Shown one piece after another: positions 19,058 to 28,234 of a stretch of 32,000 bases of DNA. Source of the DNA: Fastidiosibacter lacustris. Its GTDB lineage: Bacteria; Pseudomonadota; Gammaproteobacteria; Francisellales; Francisellaceae. Numbering within the stretch: position 1 is the stretch's first letter; every line of letters starts with the position of its first letter. The stretch spans positions 1-32,000 of the forward strand of contig NZ_QLIR01000017.1 in assembly GCF_003428155.1 (NCBI RefSeq), in the 5' to 3' direction. The translations under genes and the position numbers were made by a program. The notes beneath the pieces are model-generated. The model was not told where the DNA came from and ran no database searches. It saw only the letters and a list, made by a program, of their open reading frames with translations.

Positions 19058-20272
19058 ATGAAGAATTTAAACTGGATTGTGCCATATTACCTATCTCGAG
19101 CATTTTCTACTGCGAGCTTTGATCGAGGGATTTTCGTATTGTTCTTGCTCTATAAGGACTTTGACACCGCTCAAATTGGGATATTACAAATTATATTCTA
19201 TGTGGGTAATATACTCATAAGTATACCGATGGGATTGCTTGCGGATAGATTTGGTTATCGCAAGGTCATGTTATTGGCGCTTTTCATGATGTCATTAGAT
19301 GCTGTATTACAAATTATGCTTGGCGGCTTTATGATTTTTGCTATCATTTTCGCATTAAAGGGAGCGATGTTTGCAATTATGGTAAGTGTTCCACAATCCT
19401 TCTTTTTTGCTAAATTAAAATCTCTTAATCAAACCCATTTACATATCAGACTTTTAGGGCAAGTGAGGGCAATTGAGTACATTTCTTTAGCAGTCGCCAT
19501 ATTTATTGGCGGATTCTTGCAGTCTATTTCTTGGGAAGCGGTTTATTTAAGCTATGCTGTATTCATGGTTCTAGGTGCCATATGCCTAGGTTTAGTAAGC
19601 GATATAAAAAAAGAAAAGAATATAGCACAAGAAATTACTTCTGAGATGAGTATCCTTAAAAACGCTCAACAGTTTAAAACTTTTCTATGTGAAAAATCTA
19701 ATGCGCCGCTCGCTATTCTTGCATTTGCTTTTGCTTGTCTGCAAGGCGTCATAACCCCTTACTTTGTTTTTGCTCAGGAACTGTTTAACTGGTATGGCAT
19801 GTCTGTTGCGGGTATTAGTACGCTATTTGCTATCATCACAGCCACATCAGGTGTTGCAGTAGTTGTCGCGCATAGGATTACGCGCCTGTTTTCTTTCTCT
19901 ACAGTTAGTTATGTTACAGTCATACTTTTATGGGTAGTCTTGCTTTTAAATATTGTGCCATCGCTGAGCTTGGCTATATGTCTTTTTATTATGGCAATGG
20001 TTATTCCAGAAATAGCAATTATTCTATTTGCTGATTACATCCAACATTCTTTACCAAATGAGATTAGAGCAACCGTAACCTCCGTAATTTGGATGCTTGA
20101 GATAACGTTGACTTCTCTAGGCTACGCCTTATTTGGGGGACTATTTTTGCTGGTGACACCAAACATTGCAATTGCGTTATTTTCTTTTATCGCATTATTT
20201 GTTTTGCTGTTAATGTATATGGTCTTTACTAAATTCAAAATCTCCAAATTTCAAGTGGTGGAAACCACATGA
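19058..20272 (+). CDS. MFS transporter
   Basis: About 12 TM segments; MGLLADRFGYRKVMLLALFMMSLDA matches the MFS loop 2-3 motif (G...DR.GRR). Confidence 0.85.
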   Translation: MKNLNWIVPYYLSRAFSTASFDRGIFVLFLLYKDFDTAQIGILQIIFYVGNILISIPMGLLADRFGYRKVMLLALFMMSLDAVLQIMLGGFMIFAIIFALKGAMFAIMVSVPQSFFFAKLKSLNQTHLHIRLLGQVRAIEYISLAVAIFIGGFLQSISWEAVYLSYAVFMVLGAICLGLVSDIKKEKNIAQEITSEMSILKNAQQFKTFLCEKSNAPLAILAFAFACLQGVITPYFVFAQELFNWYGMSVAGISTLFAIITATSGVAVVVAHRITRLFSFSTVSYVTVILLWVVLLLNIVPSLSLAICLFIMAMVIPEIAIILFADYIQHSLPNEIRATVTSVIWMLEITLTSLGYALFGGLFLLVTPNIAIALFSFIALFVLLLMYMVFTKFKISKFQVVETT

Positions 20273-20350
20273 GATTTCAAGTATAAGCAACCTTTTTGAT
20301 GGATTAAAGTACACCTTGAACTACTTAAAGAGAGAAGAGCGCTTATGGTT

Positions 20351-21133
20351 TTAAGACAACACAATCACTTTACTATTTTTGTTCTTTAATTCAATAAGCT
20401 CAGCCTGTGTTTGGAATGCTTGATAAATATAATTTGATACTAATAAATTCTCCGTTTTATTAAAACCCAGCATCTGCCCATTTTTTAGTAGCACACTTTC
20501 CTGATAGTATTGAAGAGCAATATTTAAGTCATGCCCTATAACAAGTACACCAAGTTCATATTTTTTAGCAAGATTTGACAGAATATTTAAGGTTTGACGT
20601 TGATAATAAATATCCATGTGCGCACTGTATTCATCTAAAAGCAAATAACCTTCATACTCAGAATTCTCTTGACTAAGTTGTACCAGTGCACGAGCAAGCT
20701 GTACACGCTGACGCTCACCTCCAGATAATTGCATATAATTTTTAGTGCAAAAACAGCTACTGTCTAGTAATGACAAGGCTTTCATTGCCTTGGCATAGTC
20801 TTTTTCTTTGAAATCACCATTACAATAAGCTAATCTACCCAATAACACATAATCAATAACCTTAATGTCTCCTAGTACCTGCTCATGTTGACTGACAAAC
20901 GCCATTTTCTGGCTAAGTGTTATTCTTGGCATTTGAGACAGACATTCGCCATCTATCATAATCTGACCAAGGTAATGGGGATACTCTCCTGTGATTACTT
21001 TTAGTAAAGTTGATTTTCCTGCACCATTTGCACCTAAAATACCTGTAATCTGTCCTTTTGCCACTGTCATTGAAATATCATGTAATATCACTTTATTCCC
21101 AAGCTTAAGGCTAACCTCATTTAGTACCAACAT
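20351..21133 (-). CDS. hmuV: Heme ABC transporter ATP-binding protein (HmuV-like)
   Basis: ILGANGAGKSTLLKVITGEY, QLSGGERQRVQLARAL, LLLDEYSAHMDI. ATG 21133 preferred over 21193, which overlaps hmuU extensively. Confidence 0.87.
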   Translation of the reverse strand: MLVLNEVSLKLGNKVILHDISMTVAKGQITGILGANGAGKSTLLKVITGEYPHYLGQIMIDGECLSQMPRITLSQKMAFVSQHEQVLGDIKVIDYVLLGRLAYCNGDFKEKDYAKAMKALSLLDSSCFCTKNYMQLSGGERQRVQLARALVQLSQENSEYEGYLLLDEYSAHMDIYYQRQTLNILSNLAKKYELGVLVIGHDLNIALQYYQESVLLKNGQMLGFNKTENLLVSNYIYQAFQTQAELIELKNKNSKVIVLS

Positions 21134-21134
21134 G

Positions 21135-22190
21135 TTAACTACCTCTTTGTACTTTCTGACTAAACAACAGATAAATAAAATAAGGTGCACCAATTAAAGC
21201 TGTCATCAATCCAATCGGTAACTCTGCAGGCGCCAAAACCGTACGTGATAAAACATCGGCAACAGTCAATAATAATGCACCAAAAATACTAGCTAATAGC
21301 ATTAAATGCTTGTGTTCAACTCCGATTAAAAAACGTACGATATGAGGCACAACCAGACCTACAAAAGCAATCGGACCTGCAACAGCAGTGCTACTGCCTA
21401 CCAATAGTGCAATGGCAATAATACTTTTAAATTTCTGCTTTTGAATATTTACGCCTAACATACGTGCAAAGCTTTCTCCAGCAATCATTGCATTAAGATA
21501 TTTAGCCGTATTGGAAAGTAGGAAAACACTCATAATCACACAAGGGACTAAGAACATGACCTGTCCCCAGTCAATATTAGCCAAACTCCCCATACTCCAA
21601 AAAGTAATGCTACGTAAAATGCTATCATCTGACAAATAAATCATCACACCAATTAATGCGCCACATAAAGCATTAATTGCCACTCCTGCCAATACCAAAA
21701 GACCAAGGTTACTTTGTCCCTTTGTCACAGATAGTAAATATGTTAAAAAAGTCACAACTAAGCTTCCAGCAAAGGCACTCAAGCCTAATCCCCATGTCAC
21801 TAAAAAAACTGTTTGAGTGATACTTGAAGCCAATAGCAAAAATAAAATTGCAAATAACGATGCACCACTGGTCATTCCTAATAGTGCTGGGTCAGCTAAA
21901 GGATTACGAAATAACCCCTGCATGGTTACACCTGATAATGCTAACGCCGCACCGATTACCATTGTTGCTAACAAACGCGGTAATCGTAGCTCAACGATAA
22001 CTTTCTGCATCAGACTATTTGTGTCAAATACTTGTATCCAACTGATATGAAAAGCACCAAATTGAATGGATAAAAATGCAGACATAGCGAGTAACAATAA
22101 CAAAGCTATTATCCATAATCGGTATTTATTTCGCTGTACTTGAAAAAGCTTTTGTGCATTTATTATTGACTGGTGACTTACTTGATTCAT
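21135..22190 (-). CDS. hmuU: Heme ABC transporter permease (HmuU, FecCD family)
   Basis: RLPRLLATMVIGAALALSGVTMQGLFRNPLADPALLGMTSGA, GPIAFVGLVVPHIVRFLIGVEHK; typical FecCD permease. Confidence 0.92.
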   Translation of the reverse strand: MNQVSHQSIINAQKLFQVQRNKYRLWIIALLLLLAMSAFLSIQFGAFHISWIQVFDTNSLMQKVIVELRLPRLLATMVIGAALALSGVTMQGLFRNPLADPALLGMTSGASLFAILFLLLASSITQTVFLVTWGLGLSAFAGSLVVTFLTYLLSVTKGQSNLGLLVLAGVAINALCGALIGVMIYLSDDSILRSITFWSMGSLANIDWGQVMFLVPCVIMSVFLLSNTAKYLNAMIAGESFARMLGVNIQKQKFKSIIAIALLVGSSTAVAGPIAFVGLVVPHIVRFLIGVEHKHLMLLASIFGALLLTVADVLSRTVLAPAELPIGLMTALIGAPYFIYLLFSQKVQRGS

Positions 22191-23032
22191 GCCTCATATA
22201 CCTTCTTGGCAAGTTGTAAAACTGTATCCCCAAAAGATGCACCAAAATTATCTAAGCTTGCAGCATGAATAGTAGTGATTTTTGTTTGATTTTGTTTATG
22301 TAAATATTCTAGTATTTCAGCATATGGCAACGGCATGTTATTTATAGCTTGAGCAACAATAACAACGTCTGGTTTTAATATCATTAACCCCTCTTTAGAT
22401 GCTGGACGCATCCCTTTAAATGACAGTATGTTTTGTGCACCAATTAAACTTAGCCAACGATTACTTTGTGTATCTGTGCCCAACATGTAGACATTACTTG
22501 CGGCTATTTGTAATAAAACGAGCACCTTTTTTGGCTTATATTGATCAATAATTTTAATTGCTGACTGTAATTTTTGATCCATTTCTTCTAATATAACCCT
22601 AGCTTCTGTGTGTTTGGCTAATGCCTTTGCAACCATAGTAATATTTGCTTTTACATCTGATAAACCCTTAACTTCCTTAAGACTAATAACCTCTATGTTA
22701 AAGTTACTCAAACGCTTAATAACTGAAATAGGAGAAGCTGCTGCATCTGCAATAACTAAATTTGGCTGTAAGCTGACAATACCCTCAATCGTTAAAGCAC
22801 GCATGTAACCAATATCTTTTACCTTTCCTACATTTTCCATAAGCTCAGAATTTCTTGATTGTTTATTACCTATAAACTCAATACTTTCGCTATCAGCACC
22901 AACTATACTTTTTTCGCCTAATGCCACTGCAATTGAACTTGCACTTGGACCAATTGTAACCACTTTACTGGCATACGCACTAAATGTACTCAACCAAAGA
23001 CCAATCATAATTAACCAGAATTTCTTATCCAC
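22187..23032 (-). CDS. hmuT: Heme ABC transporter periplasmic binding protein (HmuT)
   Basis: Signal peptide, VVTIGPSASSIAVALGEKSIVGAD, VKDIGYMRALTIEGIVSLQPNLVIAD; 4-nt overlap with hmuU. Confidence 0.9.
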   Translation of the reverse strand: MDKKFWLIMIGLWLSTFSAYASKVVTIGPSASSIAVALGEKSIVGADSESIEFIGNKQSRNSELMENVGKVKDIGYMRALTIEGIVSLQPNLVIADAAASPISVIKRLSNFNIEVISLKEVKGLSDVKANITMVAKALAKHTEARVILEEMDQKLQSAIKIIDQYKPKKVLVLLQIAASNVYMLGTDTQSNRWLSLIGAQNILSFKGMRPASKEGLMILKPDVVIVAQAINNMPLPYAEILEYLHKQNQTKITTIHAASLDNFGASFGDTVLQLAKKVYEA

Positions 23033-23705
23033 CTATTTGCTCCTGTAAGTTAAATGAAACTACCTGCACCACTTTTGTAGATACCACTTTGCCTTGACTT
23101 AATGCAGGGGTAAATTTTAACTTTTTAAACCACTTAATTGCTGCTTGATCTAATGCTTGAAAACCACTTGATTGAATAATTTTCAACTCTCCAACTGCAC
23201 CTGTTATTGTAATGTTGGCCTCAATTTTTACCTTTCCTTGTTCATTATTGTTAATTGCAGTAATTGGGTAATTTAATTTAGGTGGGGTATAAGCAAGCTT
23301 AGGCTGTCGTGTAATTTCAACCACTGCTTGCTGAGTTTTTACTGATTCTTCATGTTGTTTGAGTGCATGTTCTTTCATTTTTTTATAATCACTATGATGG
23401 AGCTTAGTTTCTTTTTTTGTTTTTGTCGTAGCTATAATCTTTTCATCTAATTTCTGCTTATCTATTGACGTATTTGCAAGCTTTAGCTCTTGTGGTGGTT
23501 GTGATAAGTTTTTTTGTACTTTTGCTTGAGACTCTTGTGAAAGCGTGATGCTTTGTAATATTTGCTTAAGTTGCTGTGACTGTAATTGGCTTTCGCCAAG
23601 TTGCCACTTTGTAAGGGAATTTGAGCTTAAAACGCCTAATATCGCTAAATTCACTGCAAATGAACCTAGAGCTGCCACAATAAGTTTTAAATAACCTTCA
23701 AACAT
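23025..23705 (-). CDS. tonB: TonB family energy transducer
   Basis: N-terminal TM anchor, basic linker, C-terminal GKVKIEANITITGAVGELKIIQSSGFQALDQAAIKWFKKLKFTPAL typical of TonB C-terminal domain. Confidence 0.88.
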   Translation of the reverse strand: MFEGYLKLIVAALGSFAVNLAILGVLSSNSLTKWQLGESQLQSQQLKQILQSITLSQESQAKVQKNLSQPPQELKLANTSIDKQKLDEKIIATTKTKKETKLHHSDYKKMKEHALKQHEESVKTQQAVVEITRQPKLAYTPPKLNYPITAINNNEQGKVKIEANITITGAVGELKIIQSSGFQALDQAAIKWFKKLKFTPALSQGKVVSTKVVQVVSFNLQEQIGG

Positions 23706-23713
23706 GTATTTAC

Positions 23714-25792
23714 CTAAAAACGATAGCTAAGCTGAGCATAAATACTTCTACCGATTGCTGGCACCAAAGTACTGCCATCATAATCTTGATAGTATTGATC
23801 AAAAATATTGTCTACACCCGCCGATAAAGTAAGACCTTTAGCAAAACGCGGTTGCCATTGATAACTTAAGCCCAACAGTGCATAACCTGGTACTTTAGGT
23901 GTATTATTAGGCACATAGTTTTGCGCTAAGGCATAATCAAAACGTGTCTGCACAGTGCTATCGATCATCTTAATCGGCACAGCCAATGCAACCATTCCCT
24001 TAGCTTGTGGAATAGGTAAGGCACTGCCTGAAGGAATGATCTTGCCTCGATCATTAGTATATGCTGATTTGGTTTTCCCACGCGTATACGTGAAATTAGT
24101 CATTACATCAAACCAGTTGGTTTGATAGCCCGCTGATAAGTTAAATCCATAGATCTGCACTTTGGAAATATTAATGTTTTGATTAACTGCTGTTGGTGGT
24201 AGTGGTGGGTTAATAATAAGACTAACGTTACTATTTAGAATATAATCATCAATGTCATTTAAAAACACGTTGCCTGAAACACTTATTTTTTGTGTATCGG
24301 TTAAGTCTTGAGCATACACAAAACCAATTGTTTTATTATGCCCAATTTCAGGATTAAGGTTGGGACTTGGGATAAAGCGTAAAAATACATAACTACTATA
24401 AGGATGATTTCCACCTAAATATAAGTCTTGAATCGATGGAATTCGATAACCTTCTGTATAACCAATGTAGACCTTAAGTGGCGTAATAACCTGATAGCTG
24501 ATACTGGCTTGTTTAGTGAAAAATGAGCCATCGCTACTCAAATTACTACTTTGACTTTGATAACCATTAAATCGACCACCAATCGTTACATTTAGGCTTG
24601 AAATAATATCCCAACTATCTTGCAAATAGAAACTATAAAGCTGTTGGGTTGCGGTTGGAAAATTTGCACTTGTATTACTGTTATAACCATCATAACCATT
24701 AATAAAGTTATATTCACCACCATATAAAAGCCTCTGCTGAATAACTTTTGTATTATTCGAAAACATCACGCCTGTAGTGTTGACATTTATATCTTGAGGC
24801 AAGGCATAACCATTACCATTTGTAATGGGGGAAGAACTAAAATGATTCTCGTTATAATAGGCTTTGAAATTCAAATCAACATAAGGATTATTAGGGTTAA
24901 ATCGATAATTCAGCATACTTTGAGTTTGGAAATAATTAAAGTTAGAGCTTGGATTGGTAACTGAAGTTTGTTTATTTACCGTTGCAGGGTAAAGTCCTAC
25001 ATTTTGCATCGATAAAAAAGAAAGCTTTAACGTTTGTGCTTGCGAGATATTCCAAACGGTTTTTGCTAAATATTGCAGTTGATTACTTGCTGAATCAGAT
25101 AGGGTTTGACCATTACTTAAACGAACGTTATTATTTCGCACACCTACGATGTCAAATAAATAGCTTACATCTTTTGTTCTCAAAGCAAGACCAAGATTAG
25201 CATTACCGCTTTTATCACCCGTTGCCCCTTCTATTGCCACTTTACCACCAAAATTTTGATCATTTAAAATATCACTTGGCTCTAATGTCACAAAATTAAC
25301 AGCTCCCCCCAGGTTACCATTTCCATAAGTAATATCACCACCAGATTGACTAGCTGAAACTTGTTTATATAAGCTCTGATTAGGTAATAGTCTTGTCTGA
25401 TTATGTCCAAAAGAAGCCAGATTATTATTCACACCATCAATACCTACAAACACACGATCATCTGTGAGTCCTCCAATACTAACAGACTGTGAGATTGGTC
25501 GATTACCACCTATAGTTTGTACACCTGCCATTTCATTTAAAGCATGAATAGTTGATCCTACAGGATTACTAGGTGTTTGTACTGATAGATTAGGTAATAC
25601 CCTATCATTATCAGATGCTAGTGGTAGGGATATTGCTTTGTCTTTTAACTCTTCTGGCAAAGCTTTTTTAATTGCAAGCACTTGAATTTCATCTAGATCT
25701 AACACTCGCTGTTGTTCATTGTTTTGCTGTACTGCATGTGTGGCGTTAGCTATTATCAGCACAATAAAACTTACCAATAATTTTTTCTTCAT
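23714..25792 (-). CDS. TonB-dependent outer-membrane receptor, probable heme receptor
   Basis: Signal peptide MKKKLLVSFIVLIIANATHA, plug domain, PSPNLNPEIGH (NPNL-like), C-terminal aromatic YAQLSYRF. ATG 25792 preferred (AGGAAATAGCG-ATG); ORF extends to 25834. Confidence 0.87.
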   Translation of the reverse strand: MKKKLLVSFIVLIIANATHAVQQNNEQQRVLDLDEIQVLAIKKALPEELKDKAISLPLASDNDRVLPNLSVQTPSNPVGSTIHALNEMAGVQTIGGNRPISQSVSIGGLTDDRVFVGIDGVNNNLASFGHNQTRLLPNQSLYKQVSASQSGGDITYGNGNLGGAVNFVTLEPSDILNDQNFGGKVAIEGATGDKSGNANLGLALRTKDVSYLFDIVGVRNNNVRLSNGQTLSDSASNQLQYLAKTVWNISQAQTLKLSFLSMQNVGLYPATVNKQTSVTNPSSNFNYFQTQSMLNYRFNPNNPYVDLNFKAYYNENHFSSSPITNGNGYALPQDINVNTTGVMFSNNTKVIQQRLLYGGEYNFINGYDGYNSNTSANFPTATQQLYSFYLQDSWDIISSLNVTIGGRFNGYQSQSSNLSSDGSFFTKQASISYQVITPLKVYIGYTEGYRIPSIQDLYLGGNHPYSSYVFLRFIPSPNLNPEIGHNKTIGFVYAQDLTDTQKISVSGNVFLNDIDDYILNSNVSLIINPPLPPTAVNQNINISKVQIYGFNLSAGYQTNWFDVMTNFTYTRGKTKSAYTNDRGKIIPSGSALPIPQAKGMVALAVPIKMIDSTVQTRFDYALAQNYVPNNTPKVPGYALLGLSYQWQPRFAKGLTLSAGVDNIFDQYYQDYDGSTLVPAIGRSIYAQLSYRF

Positions 25793-25854
25793 CGCTATTT
25801 CCTGTTTAAATTTGAAGGTTTTATTAAAATTCAAAGATAGTGATAAAACTCAGA

Positions 25855-26271
25855 TTATTTATTAACTTGTATATCTGCTGTTTTTAAGCCGAGTGCTTTC
25901 ACAAGTGCAAATACCTGCAATATTGTTTGTAATGGCAAATCTTTGTTAGCAGCAAGGCTTATACTATTTAATTTTTGTGTCTGCTGCTTGGTTTGTAAAT
26001 AAGCTTTCAATGAATCAAGCGTATTAAAATGCATACCATCAACCCTATAATCATCATTTGCTTGTAAATAAATGGTTACTAATTCAGTCTTAGTTTGTTC
26101 TGTCACATTGCCCTTGATTTCTGGCAATGGTAACTTGATTACATGCTGGATAGGTCCTGCTAATAAAACAAACATCACCAATAAAACCAAAATAAAGTCT
26201 AAAAGAGGAATTAAGTTTGGCTCATCTACCTCAAGACTTGCATGTTCATAATGACTGTGACTAATAATCAT
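25855..26271 (-). CDS. exbD: ExbD-family biopolymer transport protein
   Basis: LIPLLDFILVLLVMFVLLAGPIQHVIKLPLPE with TM Asp typical of ExbD/TolR. Confidence 0.87.
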   Translation of the reverse strand: MIISHSHYEHASLEVDEPNLIPLLDFILVLLVMFVLLAGPIQHVIKLPLPEIKGNVTEQTKTELVTIYLQANDDYRVDGMHFNTLDSLKAYLQTKQQTQKLNSISLAANKDLPLQTILQVFALVKALGLKTADIQVNK

Positions 26272-26927
26272 AAGGCGACTTGTGTTTTTAGATTAACCAT
26301 ATTGCTTTCTTTTTGCTTAAGCTTCCGCTCATGTTGACGATCTAAGCTAAGCAGCAAGTAATTCAGTGCTTCCTCGCAATTAGCAAGGTAGCGCTCACTA
26401 TATTGACGGAAGCTATAAAAAGCGAGCAAACTCATCAATGCTAAAGCGATACCAAAGGCAGTGGCATACATTGCTTGAGATAAATACGTGATCATGTTAT
26501 GTAACCCATTACCATCTAGCGATTGTGCTAAAGCTGCAAAAGAATGACTCATGCTCCAAATTGTTCCTAAAAGCCCGAGCATAGGTGAAATAACTGCAAA
26601 TAGGTTTAACCAAATAAGTGGTCGTTGCATACGTTGACGCTGTTTCCTAAGCAAAAGACAAAGCTCACTCTCAGCAATGTGTTTTGATTCGATAAAGAGT
26701 GGTTTTATGTATTTTAACAACGGTTTTTTAAGCTGACCTAAGCATGCATTAAGTTCTTTCTTATTGTCTTGATTGATTGCTAAAATCATATCAGAAACTC
26801 GTTTTAAATTTAGCTTTGGCAAGCTCAAAAAAGTTAATGCTCTTTCGATGCAAAGTGCCACAATAATAAAACTTACCACCAACATGGTATATCCGATTAC
26901 ACCAAATTGAGTAAAAAGATGATTCAT
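26268..26927 (-). CDS. exbB: ExbB-family MotA/TolQ/ExbB proton channel
   Basis: WLNLFAVISPMLGLLGTIWSMSHSFAAL and MYATAFGIALALMSLLAF; 4-nt overlap with exbD. Confidence 0.88.
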   Translation of the reverse strand: MNHLFTQFGVIGYTMLVVSFIIVALCIERALTFLSLPKLNLKRVSDMILAINQDNKKELNACLGQLKKPLLKYIKPLFIESKHIAESELCLLLRKQRQRMQRPLIWLNLFAVISPMLGLLGTIWSMSHSFAALAQSLDGNGLHNMITYLSQAMYATAFGIALALMSLLAFYSFRQYSERYLANCEEALNYLLLSLDRQHERKLKQKESNMVNLKTQVAL

Positions 26928-26932
26928 GACTG

Positions 26933-27745
26933 TTATACAACCTTTTCTAAAAACGTTTGTTCATTCATCGCCTGTTGCTGCTTTGCTTTTTTTGTCATTG
27001 CAACCAAAACGGCTCTTAACATCGACATATTGGTAACAACATGATCAAAAGAAATGTAATGATTCTTGTGTGTGCTTTGTAGCCACATTCCCTCCTGATC
27101 AAAGTAAATCATTTTAATGTCCGTATCTTTATCTTCTTTTTTAATGGCAAATAAATCACAATAAAGATGAAGTGCTGCTTGGTGATCTTGATTCATATGC
27201 TCAACCGCACTATTGATCATTTGTAGATTAAACGTTTGTAACAGGCAAAAATCCTCTTTAACTACCCAGTTGATATCGCCAAACCCACCAATAAAGCGAA
27301 CTTTTTCAATTGTTAGTCTATAAAAATGAAAATCGTGCATTTTATCTTGATAATGTGCTGAATCAGGGAAAAACTGCACATAAATTTTAGCTGCCTTTTC
27401 TTCATCTTGAGAAGGCACTAAACGTCCCATTATTGTCACACGTCCGGCTTGTTGAATATCTTGTTTATCATCCTCAATCACTGTTAAAGACACCTTATCA
27501 TCTTTAGCAATGTTACGTGTATGCTGAGCTAACTTACTGATATATAAAATCAAATCTCCTTGTTCATCAAAAGCATACTGCACTAAAGAACCAAATGGGT
27601 AGCCTGGCATAGCAATAGATTGAGTTGCTAATACACCATAAAGCTTTTGTTTCGCCAATTGTCTTGCCCGTATTGCAATTTGTTGTTTTTTACGTTCACT
27701 TGTATCTGATGATACTCCATGAACTGATAATTGTTCCTGCGTCAT
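26933..27745 (-). CDS. hugZ: HugZ/HutZ-family heme-utilisation protein (pyridoxamine-oxidase-like fold)
   Basis: YGVLATQSIAMPGYPFGSLVQYAFDEQGDLILYISKLAQHTRNI, RVTIMGRL, FIGGFGDINWV, C-terminal AVEHMNQDHQAALHLY. Confidence 0.87.
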   Translation of the reverse strand: MTQEQLSVHGVSSDTSERKKQQIAIRARQLAKQKLYGVLATQSIAMPGYPFGSLVQYAFDEQGDLILYISKLAQHTRNIAKDDKVSLTVIEDDKQDIQQAGRVTIMGRLVPSQDEEKAAKIYVQFFPDSAHYQDKMHDFHFYRLTIEKVRFIGGFGDINWVVKEDFCLLQTFNLQMINSAVEHMNQDHQAALHLYCDLFAIKKEDKDTDIKMIYFDQEGMWLQSTHKNHYISFDHVVTNMSMLRAVLVAMTKKAKQQQAMNEQTFLEKVV

Positions 27746-27764
27746 AAATGTCTCCTAATAAGAA

Positions 27765-27779
27765 TGATAACCACTATCA
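27765..27779. promoter_or_regulatory. Fur-box-like site, proximal
   Basis: TGATAACCACTATCA matches the 7-1-7 consensus TGATAATNATTATCA at 12 of 14 specified positions. Confidence 0.6.
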
Positions 27780-27791
27780 AATAGTGGTTAA

Positions 27792-27819
27792 ATGATAATG
27801 GTTATTATTTTTAAATCAA
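27792..27819 (-). promoter_or_regulatory. Candidate promoter of the heme operon, -10 region overlapping a Fur-like site
   Basis: Minus strand TTGATT (27819-27814), 16-nt spacer, TATCAT (27797-27792). Confidence 0.5.
27793..27807. promoter_or_regulatory. Fur-box-like site, distal
   Basis: TGATAATGGTTATTA matches TGATAATNATTATCA at 12 of 14 specified positions. Confidence 0.65.
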
Positions 27820-28234
27820 TAAAAAATGAAGTAATTTTTTAAAATTTTTAAATTGTGTAGCTATCTATATTTTCTATCATTAAAAACCTTTTAAGAGACA
27901 AAACCATTTGGTATGCTTCTAATCAAGACTTCGATAATGAAAGAACAATGTTCGATCCCCTGTGCAACATAACTGCTATAAGCGGCTAGCAAAAAAAGGG
28001 AAGAGTGATGATTATTTGCAATTTTAACATATGCCATAAACATTAAACTTACTAAACATCTAGAGAATAGTGCTTCATATAGATTTTCAACTGAATGTTG
28101 AAACTGTGACAGAATTTCCAATTTACATGGGAATTATCTCTATACAGTTTCTAAAGAATACTGAGTTTAAAATTTGATTTTTATCTATATCAGTTTCTAA
28201 CTCATATAAAGGACGGATAAGTCCATAAAACAAG

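Noticed and set aside
27891-28121. 76-aa minus-strand ORF between hugZ and fadA
   Set aside because: No convincing ribosome-binding site, unusual composition, and no recognisable motif; likely chance ORF in an intergenic or degenerate region.
28209-28224. GGAC...GTCC short hairpin just after the thiolase stop
   Set aside because: Only a 4-bp stem without a convincing U-tract on the minus strand; too weak to call a terminator.
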